Of a stretch of 16,668 bases of DNA, positions 8,574 to 16,386 are shown one piece after another. Below the pieces are notes generated by a model that worked only from the letters and a program-made list of their open reading frames with translations, did no database searches and was not told the origin of the DNA. The first letter of the stretch is position 1, and every line of letters begins with the position of its first letter. Source of the DNA: an archaeon (GTDB lineage: Archaea; Asgardarchaeota; Heimdallarchaeia; Heimdallarchaeales; JAJRWK01); contig JAJRWK010000032.1 of assembly GCA_024276795.1 (NCBI GenBank), positions 1-16,668 of the forward strand, read 5' to 3'. The translations under genes were made by a program, and so were the position numbers.

Positions 8574-9497
8574 ATGAAACGAGATTTTCTAACTCTGCTC
8601 GACTATTCAAAGGAAGAGATTAATGAGCTATTGGATATTTCTGACGAAATGAAGCGCTGGATGAAAGAAGGCACCAATGAGAGGCCTCTTTCAGGAAAAT
8701 CAATGGCAATGATCTTTCAAAAAAGGAGTACCAGAACAAGGGTAAGCACCGAAACAGGAATGGCATTTCTTGGAGGTCATGCTCTATTCTTGGGAATGTC
8801 AGACATTCAGCTAGGGAAAAATGAGACGTTGAAAGACACCGCCCTAGTACTTTCCCGATTCAATGACTTGATTCTGGCGAGAGTCTATGGACACGAGGAT
8901 GTCGAAGAACTCGCAAAGTACAGCAGAGTACCCGTAATTAACGCTCTAAGTGACAAATTCCACCCACTCCAGATTCTTGCCGATCTTATGACTATCCGAG
9001 AACACTTCGGCAAACTAGAAGGGTTAAAAATTGCGTGGGTTGGGGATGGAAACAATGTCTGCCATTCATTGATGATTGGTGCAACAAAAGTAGGAATGCA
9101 TATGAGCGTTGCAACGCCAAGAGGCTACGAACCAGCTGAAGACGTGATTGAGACCACTAAGAAAATTGCAGAGAAAAAAGGTGTTACCCTCACCTTTACA
9201 AATGATCCCAAAGAAGCAGTCAAGGATGCCGACATCATCGTGACAGACACTTGGATATCAATGGGTCAGGATGCTGAAAAAGAAAAAAGACTCCGTGATT
9301 TTGCGGGATATCAAGTTACTGAAGAATTAGGAAAGCTTGCAAAGCCTCATTGGAAATTCATGCACTGTTTACCCAGAAAACCACAAGAAGTATCTGACGA
9401 AGTATTTTACAGCGAACGAAGCATTGTTTTTGATGAGGCCGAAAACCGAATGTATACAGTAATGGCCGTTATGATGAAGCTTCTCGAAAAAAGATAA
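8574..9497 (+). CDS. argF: Ornithine carbamoyltransferase
   Basis: 307 aa with the carbamoyl-phosphate motif STRTR, HPLQ (FHPLQILADLMTI), DTWISMG and the ornithine-binding HCLPRKPQEVSDEVFYSERSIVFDEAENRMYTVMAVM. Confidence 0.97.
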   Translation: MKRDFLTLLDYSKEEINELLDISDEMKRWMKEGTNERPLSGKSMAMIFQKRSTRTRVSTETGMAFLGGHALFLGMSDIQLGKNETLKDTALVLSRFNDLILARVYGHEDVEELAKYSRVPVINALSDKFHPLQILADLMTIREHFGKLEGLKIAWVGDGNNVCHSLMIGATKVGMHMSVATPRGYEPAEDVIETTKKIAEKKGVTLTFTNDPKEAVKDADIIVTDTWISMGQDAEKEKRLRDFAGYQVTEELGKLAKPHWKFMHCLPRKPQEVSDEVFYSERSIVFDEAENRMYTVMAVMMKLLEKR

Positions 9498-9510
9498 AAA
9501 GAGAAGCAAA

Positions 9511-9601
9511 TGGCGGACCGGGCGGGATTCGAACCCGCGGCCTGCGGCTTTCTTCTCCAAGAATAGAAGGCCGCCGCTCTATCCTCCTGAGCTACCGGTC
9601 C
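9511..9601 (-). tRNA. tRNA-Arg(UCU) with a 14-nt intron (9550-9563) after position 37; CCA encoded
   Basis: Reverse complement: GGACCGG TA GCTCAGGAGGATAGAGC G GCGGC CTTCTA[TTCTTGGAGAAGAA]A GCCGC AGGCC GCGGG TTCGAAT CCCGC CCGGTCC G CCA. All stems pair. BHB: central helix CUUC/GAAG, bulges UAU and AAA. Confidence 0.96.
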
Positions 9602-9816
9602 CTATAAGATTTACTTGTAAGCAACTCGCTTATCAGCAATGATTGTGTCATGAGTGCTTTTCTAAAACTTTTCGAATTGTGGGTTATCTTATTTCACCAA
9701 GAACTCCAGTCACCATTGCTCAATAATCGACGTTTTTCGTTCTGCAAATGATGTTGAGAAAAAAAGAGAGGGTCGAATTATTGCATGAGGCTTAGAAAAA
9801 TCTGTTGCTCAGGATG

Positions 9817-11070
9817 TTATGACTCAATTAGTTGGATGAAGGGGAATATTGAAACGAGAAGATCCTCTGCATCCCTGAAGACAGCCACGTTTCCAGAATA
9901 CTGCTCGATCTCCTCTTGATATTTGGAATAAAAGTCTCGCACGAATTTGTCAAATCCACGTCTAAGGAAATATGAAGTGCGATCTGCAAGGACGATCCCT
10001 ACAATATAACGATAGGACTTCACCATGATGGTTCGATCTGAAAGACTTATGGACCGAAGTTCTCCTTGAGCACCAGATAGCTCACTAACAAGAGAAGCGA
10101 TTGCTATAATTGCTGGCGATTTCAAAGAAGCATCCGGCAGCTTTTCGACGCCCTTGGGAATCTCAATGAGCCCATGAAAGTATGCGGTTCCAGATTCGTC
10201 AATAATAAACATCTCGTATATGTTGAAGGGAAACGAGTAAGCATACGTGGGCAACATGATGTAAACCAAAAGAAGCAACATAATACCAAAAGTGAACATC
10301 CACGTGTTATAAACACGAATTTCCGTTCCAAAAACTCGGAGGGAATTGCCAAACGGAGCAAGGAAAAAAGATATCAGAAGAACAGTTGCTCCAATATAAT
10401 TAACAAATGATGCAAATTCAGCGGCCAGTGTATCAGATTCCCTGAAAATCCGGTAGTACACGTAGATTCCAAAGATCGCCATAAAAAAGAGAGAAATGCT
10501 GAACGCGGCGGTATAACCCGTTATTAAGTCATTAAATTCCGTTATTCGTTCGATAGTATTCTGAAAAGGTCTCAAGATAACCAAAGCAGCGAGGGGAGCC
10601 GCAGAACCGAGAATAAGTATGGCTCGGATGAGATTGGGGCGATCATTCGAGGTCAGTTCCAGATGCAGGTAAAATAGGATCACTGCAAGAGCAAGAAAAG
10701 CATCTGCTACATTTGCGATAAAGCCATCCGTAGATCGATGAAATGCCCCTTCCCCTTTGTTTTCATAATCAATTATGAGCAAGAAGAGCCACAGCGCAAC
10801 CGCCGAGGCAAAGGCAAGCATTAATTCAAGACCTTGAACTGATTCTTGAATTACATGTCGGTAGAGAATATACAGCATAATAAGAATCCCGATCGTGGGA
10901 GGCAATAAGTACCAACGAGTGTTGCTGATAGGCTCGATGAGCCAATAAAATATGACTCCTGTTAAGAACACAAAACCAAATGACACTGCGATCCCCACTA
11001 GAAAAGCTATCGTCCCCAGAGCAGGAGCGGGAATATAATCCTTCAGCATGCGTTTCGAATGGGTGTTCAT
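9817..11070 (-). CDS. Integral membrane protein (about 8 TM helices) with a C-terminal cytosolic longin-like domain
   Basis: 417 aa. About eight hydrophobic segments in residues 1-275, then MFIIDESGTAYFHGLIEIPKG...PAIIAIASLVSELSG...RSISLSDRTIMVKSYRYIVGIVLADRTSYFLRRGFDKFVRDFYSKYQEEI, resembling the cytosolic domain of ORF1. Confidence 0.87.
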   Translation of the reverse strand: MNTHSKRMLKDYIPAPALGTIAFLVGIAVSFGFVFLTGVIFYWLIEPISNTRWYLLPPTIGILIMLYILYRHVIQESVQGLELMLAFASAVALWLFLLIIDYENKGEGAFHRSTDGFIANVADAFLALAVILFYLHLELTSNDRPNLIRAILILGSAAPLAALVILRPFQNTIERITEFNDLITGYTAAFSISLFFMAIFGIYVYYRIFRESDTLAAEFASFVNYIGATVLLISFFLAPFGNSLRVFGTEIRVYNTWMFTFGIMLLLLVYIMLPTYAYSFPFNIYEMFIIDESGTAYFHGLIEIPKGVEKLPDASLKSPAIIAIASLVSELSGAQGELRSISLSDRTIMVKSYRYIVGIVLADRTSYFLRRGFDKFVRDFYSKYQEEIEQYSGNVAVFRDAEDLLVSIFPFIQLIES

Positions 11071-11092
11071 TGTAGTTTCTTTTTCAGTCCAA

Positions 11093-11100
11093 GTTAAAAA
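11093..11100 (-). promoter_or_regulatory. Candidate TATA box for the 9817-11070 gene, leaderless spacing
   Basis: Minus strand AAGTTTTTAACTT, centre about 26.5 nt upstream of the ATG ending at 11070. Confidence 0.45.
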
Positions 11101-11170
11101 CTTAGGCTAATTTTGAAGGTCTTAAAACTAGGAGAATTGCAAAAGGTGAAAAAATGGGTAAATTCTTACA

Positions 11171-11935
11171 TCAAATAGGAACAATCACCATCTGATCCTT
11201 GTCTGCTGAAGAGTGAGCTTTGCTCTGAATTTTGACAAAACCCAACAATTCCAGGGTTCTAACTCGATCCCACAATTGGTCTATACTTAATTCCAAGAGT
11301 GTTGAAAGTTTGCCAAGGAAAATACCTTGGGGAAACTTTAATAGGGCGACTGCAACATCTTGAAGCTCATTTGGGAGCTGTTTGACAACACCAAGGTCGT
11401 AAAGAGATTCTCCCATTTCGGCCCCTTTGATCTTCCATGACAATCGTTTATCCAATTCATCCCTAATCTGGCGAAGAATTGCAGTCGCTTCAGTTTGGCA
11501 AATATCGGTGGTAGAAAATAGAGAATCGAATTCAATGTATTGGGTAATGTGTTCGAAGACTTCTTGGATAAATTCCTCATATTGGGATAAGAGGGGTCGC
11601 CGTTCTTCGAGAAACTGAATGCAGAAAAGCAGTACTCTTGTTATTGACCCAATTCCTTGCTGAGCCAAGTCCAGCTGAATGGGAATAGGGTAGATATAAG
11701 TTTGGAGACGAACAGACTTTACCTCAATTGTGTCCAAAGGTCCATGCAATTTCCGAGGAGGAAGCAAATTCTCTCCAATTCCGGCTGTTAAAATGATTCT
11801 TGAGGCAAACATTTCTCGAGAAACTATGTCAAACAAGTCCTCACGAGAAGATGAGCAATAGAATGGACCTAAGGCGTGGTGAGAGAATACCAATGTAATG
11901 TCGTAAATGAGCGAGCTCGCTCTTGAGGGATTCAC
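11171..11935 (-). CDS. Hypothetical protein with alpha/beta (possibly longin-like) N-terminus and winged-helix-like C-terminus
   Basis: 254 aa, GTG start. N-terminus SLIYDITLVFSHHALGPFYCSS; C-terminus LPNELQDVAVALLKFPQGIFLGKLSTLLELSIDQLWDRVRTLELLGFVKIQ fits a helix-turn-helix/wing layout. Confidence 0.8.
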   Translation of the reverse strand: MNPSRASSLIYDITLVFSHHALGPFYCSSSREDLFDIVSREMFASRIILTAGIGENLLPPRKLHGPLDTIEVKSVRLQTYIYPIPIQLDLAQQGIGSITRVLLFCIQFLEERRPLLSQYEEFIQEVFEHITQYIEFDSLFSTTDICQTEATAILRQIRDELDKRLSWKIKGAEMGESLYDLGVVKQLPNELQDVAVALLKFPQGIFLGKLSTLLELSIDQLWDRVRTLELLGFVKIQSKAHSSADKDQMVIVPI

Positions 11936-11956
11936 AATCCAAGATTTTTAAGAAAG

Positions 11957-11964
11957 TGATATAA
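11957..11964 (-). promoter_or_regulatory. TATA box for the 11171-11935 gene, leaderless spacing
   Basis: Minus strand GAGTTATATCAC, centre about 25.5 nt upstream of the GTG ending at 11935, inside the 48-bp intergenic gap. Confidence 0.55.
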
Positions 11965-11983
11965 CTCTTCTGCAACTCTGTAA

Positions 11984-12784
11984 TTAGTCGGAAACAGCAA
12001 GTTTATTCATTACTGCAAGAGTTTCGAGAAGTTTTCTTCCTTTCTCTGTGAGCAAGTAATTTCGATCTCGATCTTGAAAGATAAGCCCGTTCTTAATCAA
12101 TGGTTTCAAATGATACAGAAGATGCCCCCCTTCAAGTTTGACGATCTCTTCGTAGTCACTAAATCTTTTCCTTCCCCGGTAAACCTCTAGAAGAATCTGT
12201 AACCGTGTCGGGTTACTTATAGGTTTCAAGACATTTTCATGCAGGTGCTTTGGATTGATTTTTGAAATATCTAAGGAAGAACCCTCTTTGGTTTGGGACA
12301 CAAATGATTTTGGTTCAAGAGACGTGAGCGACTGTAAAGTGGCCAGCTGATTTTGAAGAACGGAGAGCAGGCCGTCCCAGTGAGTCAAGCAATGATTTCT
12401 TCTTGGATCTTCTTGTCTCTTTTCCTCATTGCTTTGTTTTTGTGTCTCGGCGTAGTCGATGGTTTTTCGCAACTCGTTTATTGCGCCTTCCAAATCACTT
12501 CTCTGGAGAAGCTCTACAATTTTTTGAATCGGTCGATACATTTCAGTTTTGCAATGCTGCTCGGAAGTAGAATCGAAGAGACAGTCTATTGTTTCTATTT
12601 TTTGTTTTCCAAGAAGATCAATATTCGTACCCATCAGCAGTGAGGTGTTAAGTATTATTCCTCGTCTGATTTCTTCCCGTATCTTCTTGAGTTCTTGCTG
12701 TAGGGAATAATTAGCGTATTTTACTTCTAAAAGGGTTTTATCAACGTTCCGGGAAGCATCTGTTTCAATGGTCACAGTAATCAC
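11984..12784 (-). CDS. Winged-helix (ArsR-like) transcriptional regulator with an N-terminal coiled-coil/helical extension
   Basis: 266 aa, GTG start. ISNPTRLQILLEVYRGRKRFSDYEEIVKLEGGHLLYHLKPLIKNGLIFQDRDRNYLLTEKGRKLLETL is a typical wHTH layout with tyrosine/histidine-rich recognition helix and wing. Confidence 0.85.
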   Translation of the reverse strand: MITVTIETDASRNVDKTLLEVKYANYSLQQELKKIREEIRRGIILNTSLLMGTNIDLLGKQKIETIDCLFDSTSEQHCKTEMYRPIQKIVELLQRSDLEGAINELRKTIDYAETQKQSNEEKRQEDPRRNHCLTHWDGLLSVLQNQLATLQSLTSLEPKSFVSQTKEGSSLDISKINPKHLHENVLKPISNPTRLQILLEVYRGRKRFSDYEEIVKLEGGHLLYHLKPLIKNGLIFQDRDRNYLLTEKGRKLLETLAVMNKLAVSD

Positions 12785-12820
12785 TTAGTTCGGCAGTTTC
12801 TAGTCATACGTTGATATGAG

Positions 12821-12838
12821 AGGTAAAAAGAATTACCT
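12821..12838. promoter_or_regulatory. Perfect 6-bp inverted repeat AGGTAA-N6-TTACCT upstream of the winged-helix gene; candidate operator
   Basis: AGGTAA AAAGAA TTACCT read directly, 37-54 nt upstream of the GTG ending at 12784. Confidence 0.35.
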
Positions 12839-12921
12839 TTATGGGAAATTGAAATAATTCAAGAACTAACTGAATTGAAAAGAACAAATTTGATAGCACA
12901 TAAAACAATACGACGTTAAGA

Positions 12922-12962
12922 CGATTTTTTGAACAACTAATCAATCATATGCTAAAAAATCG
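12922..12962. repeat. Perfect 9-bp inverted repeat CGATTTTTT ... AAAAAATCG, 23-nt spacer
   Basis: Arms at 12922-12930 and 12954-12962 in the intergenic region before the exchanger gene. Confidence 0.5.
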
Positions 12963-12985
12963 ATTTCCGTCAAAAATATGATTCT

Positions 12986-14305
12986 TTGAATGGAGTCAGA
13001 ATAAAGTCAAGTGTTGCATCTTATATAATGGGATTGACAAGCAATATTCCAATGAATAAACCAGAATATGATGACAAGAATGATAGAAGAGACCCAGATC
13101 AAGAATCCTTCAAGAATGAGGAAAATTATCGCGAAAAATACAAGTCTCTTTTTCAATCACTGCAGGTTTCGTTACCAGAATTCATCTTCGTTGTTGGCCT
13201 AGCGATTTTTTTCCTATTGTTTGGCTATGAAGGAAAATTTGTTGCTGGAGACTTAGAACTCGGATCATGGATGCTGATATTCCCTCTAACATTAGGCATT
13301 TGGCTCACTTTCCGCCCTTCAGAATGGGCAGTCCATGGATTAGACGCGGGTACTAAATATCTCAGACAAACAGACTATGTTGCAGGGGTAATCTCAAGTT
13401 TAGCTTCAAACTTACCAGAAGCAGTATTAGCATACTTATTCATAACATCAGGAACAGAAAACGGAGTCTTGATTGGTGTTGTATCAATCCTAGCTGCTGC
13501 TGGGTTCAATACCCTGCTTTTTGCGATTGTAGTTATTGCCGGTTCTTTGAATGAGGAAGGCGGATTTGAAGTAAAAGAGGAGACTATTTTTCAAGAGCTT
13601 GTGCTTATGAGGTGGGCTTTTGTTGCAATCTTCGTAATCGTGATTGTCGGAATTATTGAGCATATTCAGTTCTTGAGAGACAAAATCGCGACGGGAGAAG
13701 CGGCTATTAGTCAAAACCCCAACCTTCCTCGACTCGCAGCTCTTTTGCTTGGTGTCTCTTACTTGGTTTATTTGTTCAATTTAATCATAGCCCAGAGAAA
13801 AATCGCCTTGAAAAAGAATGGTGGTGCGTACATTTCCCAACCATCAATCAGTAAAACAACAACAGTTCTTCTCTTGTTACTTGGATTTATCGGAATTGCA
13901 CTTGGAGGAAAAATCATTGAGCAATCAATTCATGCTCTATTGGAACACTATGATCTAAAACCATTACTAGTCGCCTTAATTCTAGGTGGAGCAGGTTCTA
14001 TTCCAGAGCACGGAATAGCGCTACTAAGTGCAAGAAAGGAAAAAATTGATGTGGCAATCGGCAACACCATTGGTGGGATACTACAGACGACGCTTTTGTT
14101 GTTAGGTTTTTTCGGACTCATAACAAACATTCCGTTGGAACCATTCATCCTCATCCAGCTTGCGGCAACTGCTAGTGTTCTTTGGTTCATTAAAGTATCA
14201 ATACAGAATGACCATCGACTAGACCTCTATGAGGGAACAATGATACTGCTACTACAACTGTTCATTTTCTTGCTTTTCATCTTCGACATCACCACATTTA
14301 CTTAG
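12986..14305 (+). CDS. Sodium/calcium exchanger (CaCA) superfamily cation antiporter; start more likely ATG 13052 or 13028 than the TTG at 12986
   Basis: Multi-TM protein with two alpha-repeat-like segments: DYVAGVISSLASNLPEAVLAYLFITSGTENGVLIGVVSILAAAGFNTLLF and LKPLLVALILGGAGSIPEHGIALLSARKEKIDVAIGNTIGGILQTTLLLLGFFGL. Confidence 0.88.
   Translation: MNGVRIKSSVASYIMGLTSNIPMNKPEYDDKNDRRDPDQESFKNEENYREKYKSLFQSLQVSLPEFIFVVGLAIFFLLFGYEGKFVAGDLELGSWMLIFPLTLGIWLTFRPSEWAVHGLDAGTKYLRQTDYVAGVISSLASNLPEAVLAYLFITSGTENGVLIGVVSILAAAGFNTLLFAIVVIAGSLNEEGGFEVKEETIFQELVLMRWAFVAIFVIVIVGIIEHIQFLRDKIATGEAAISQNPNLPRLAALLLGVSYLVYLFNLIIAQRKIALKKNGGAYISQPSISKTTTVLLLLLGFIGIALGGKIIEQSIHALLEHYDLKPLLVALILGGAGSIPEHGIALLSARKEKIDVAIGNTIGGILQTTLLLLGFFGLITNIPLEPFILIQLAATASVLWFIKVSIQNDHRLDLYEGTMILLLQLFIFLLFIFDITTFT
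13021..13027 (+). promoter_or_regulatory. TATA box (TTATATA) for the exchanger gene if it starts at ATG 13052
   Basis: CTTATATAATG; centre about 27 nt upstream of ATG 13052, matching archaeal leaderless spacing. Confidence 0.5.
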
Positions 14306-14453
14306 CAAGTCTCCGTTGTTCTCCTTCATCTTCTTTTCTTGACCTACCAAGAAGGATTAGTCTAAAGGGTTTGCTCAAGCACTTATACTTTTAAGAGAAG
14401 AGAACGATATGAAACACAAGGAAAGATATTTTGTTTCTAAGATTTAAGGGCTG

Positions 14454-15272
14454 GTGAGAAGAACGCCGACGATTACAACGTATAGCACAAGAGGAGGCAG
14501 TGGAAAAACACTGATTTCTGTGAATCTTGCGCAGTGGTTCGCAGAAGTAATGGGCAAAAAGACCGTAATCATTGACGCAGATATTGAAGCACCCTCCATC
14601 GACAAAATCTTCAAAACAGGTAAAGAAAGTAGAAGTTCTAACAAAACATGGGTTCACTACTTGGATAATTATTTTGAAAAAATCGACGAAGCAATACTCC
14701 CAACAAGTCATGATAACCTTTTCATGATTATTTCCCCTCCCCCTGAAATAGGAAAGAGATTCTTGGCCACGAAAAGATCAGAATGGTGGTCTATGGCACT
14801 AAAACGGAGCATTGTTGCCCAAAAAAGATTATTGGGAGAACTTGGCTTCGACTGGATAATCTTTGACAACCAATCAGGATTATCCATGAATAGTGTAAAC
14901 CACATGGCTCTTGCTGACAAAAGCCTACTAGTCCTGCGACCAGCGAACTATGGAGTAGATGCTACTCTCGAATTCCTACATGAAATGGTTTCGATTCTTC
15001 AGACTAAAATACAGTCACGGAGGGACTATTTTGCTTGGAACCAAGTTCCTAAACCTCAAAACGAGAAAGAAGAAGAGTTGCTCGAAATGTTCTTGGGTAA
15101 ATGGGAGCAATTTTTTGTAGATAGGGGGGTAAGGCCCACCGTCAGAATTCCTTATGTTCACAGCTTAGCAATAGAGCTTCTAAACAAAGAAGCTGGAATC
15201 TTTGCACATATCCTGGAATTCTATGAACACATTGACAGGATAGGGAAAATCTTGCTCAGTTCAGAAGACTGA
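14454..15272 (+). CDS. ParA/MinD-like P-loop ATPase with altered Walker A (TRGGSGKT)
   Basis: 272 aa, GTG start. ITTYSTRGGSGKTLISVNLAQWFAEVMGKKTVIIDADIEAPSIDKIF and GFDWIIFDNQSGLSMNSVNHMALADKSLLVLRPANYGVDAT fit the SIMIBI ParA/MinD layout. Confidence 0.9.
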   Translation: MRRTPTITTYSTRGGSGKTLISVNLAQWFAEVMGKKTVIIDADIEAPSIDKIFKTGKESRSSNKTWVHYLDNYFEKIDEAILPTSHDNLFMIISPPPEIGKRFLATKRSEWWSMALKRSIVAQKRLLGELGFDWIIFDNQSGLSMNSVNHMALADKSLLVLRPANYGVDATLEFLHEMVSILQTKIQSRRDYFAWNQVPKPQNEKEEELLEMFLGKWEQFFVDRGVRPTVRIPYVHSLAIELLNKEAGIFAHILEFYEHIDRIGKILLSSED

Positions 15273-15275
15273 GCG

Positions 15276-16304
15276 TTACAGATCAGCCAGGAAAGCAAAT
15301 GATTCAAGTATTCTTGTTCGCTGTTTTATGTCATTTCTTGCGTTTTTACGCTCTTGCTTAAGCTCACGATACTTTTTCTTAGCCCTAGCTAGTTCTCCTT
15401 CGATTACTGCTCTTTTCTGCTTCTTTTTGAAAACACCGAACAAAGATCTCTTTGACAGTTCCTTTTCAAGACTTGAGATCTCGTTTTCCAGAACAGAGAT
15501 CCTAGAAGAGAACTTATCGTTCAGGTTTTTTGTTTTCAAGAGAGCGTCAATTCTAGAAGTGATTATTTCTTTGTTAGCGTCTTTGATTTGAGACTTCTTG
15601 ACCCGTTTTTTCAAGAGTTCTAGTGTTTCAGGATTGATTGTTTTTTGGTTTTTCTCCCAGAATTCAGGATCTTCTCTAACTGCAATCAAGAATGAGTGCC
15701 ACATCTCGGAAGGAATATCTTTTGAGTTCTTGAGCGTAGTTGCAACTGCAAGCAGTTCCTTAGCGAAGAGGTAACCTCTTTGACAGGAATTGAAGGTTTT
15801 AATGAGGTCTAGCCATTCTTCACTGGTCTTGAAAAGTAAAAGAGCACTAATCATTCTCTTTTGTTCTGATCCTTGAACGAATCCTGCTTTTATGGAACAA
15901 AACTCTTCGTTCGGAGAAGAAGTGGATACATTGTCAGGTGGACACTGATAAAATAGGCAACTCTCTCCAATACAGATTTCCTTTGCGTGAATTGTATACC
16001 ATGTTAGTACTTCCTCGAGGTTTTCATCACTTAGGTTTTCCAGATCCTCCATTTCGCGCTCTTTTCGATCTACAAATAGTTTAAGTTCTTCAATAGTTTC
16101 AAATCCATTCGCTTTCGCTATTCTTTCAAGAGCTTTTTCAGTGGCAATGCGGATTTCATCATATTCCTCTGATTTTAGCAATTCAAGTAATCTGCTAGCG
16201 GCTCGTATGTCTCCTAAATCTCCTAGTTCAACGACCGCAACTTGTCTTTCCCAAATATGAGGAGAGGAAAGCTTGCGAATAAGCTCTTCGACTTCAAGAC
16301 TCAT
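15276..16304 (-). CDS. HEAT-repeat protein with central cysteine cluster and C-terminal coiled coil
   Basis: 342 aa. LSSPHIWERQVAVVELGDLGDIRAASRLLELLKSEEYDEIRIATEKALERIA matches two HEAT/PBS-lyase-like repeats. C-terminus (DKFSSRISVLENEISSLEKELSKR...ELARAKKKYRELKQERKNARNDIKQRTRIL) is charged coiled coil. Confidence 0.88.
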   Translation of the reverse strand: MSLEVEELIRKLSSPHIWERQVAVVELGDLGDIRAASRLLELLKSEEYDEIRIATEKALERIAKANGFETIEELKLFVDRKEREMEDLENLSDENLEEVLTWYTIHAKEICIGESCLFYQCPPDNVSTSSPNEEFCSIKAGFVQGSEQKRMISALLLFKTSEEWLDLIKTFNSCQRGYLFAKELLAVATTLKNSKDIPSEMWHSFLIAVREDPEFWEKNQKTINPETLELLKKRVKKSQIKDANKEIITSRIDALLKTKNLNDKFSSRISVLENEISSLEKELSKRSLFGVFKKKQKRAVIEGELARAKKKYRELKQERKNARNDIKQRTRILESFAFLADL

Positions 16305-16386
16305 TTTTCTCGAAACGACCTACAATTTGACCAATTTGAACCTTAGCATAATGAACCACAAAATTAGAACAGCAAAAAGGAAATGA

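Noticed and set aside
9369-9560. 63-aa minus-strand ORF MEKKAAGRGFESRPVRH...
   Set aside because: Translation through the tRNA-Arg gene (the GFESRPVRH string is a tRNA T-arm artefact) and antisense argF.
10122-12643. ORFs 10122-10361, 10174-10410, 11338-11580, 11427-11618 and 12353-12643
   Set aside because: Out-of-frame or antisense ORFs inside the three-gene minus-strand cluster.
13490-15591. ORFs 13490-13714, 13948-14190, 14391-14711, 14444-14644, 14708-14920 and 15328-15591
   Set aside because: Shadows of the exchanger, ParA/MinD-like and HEAT genes.
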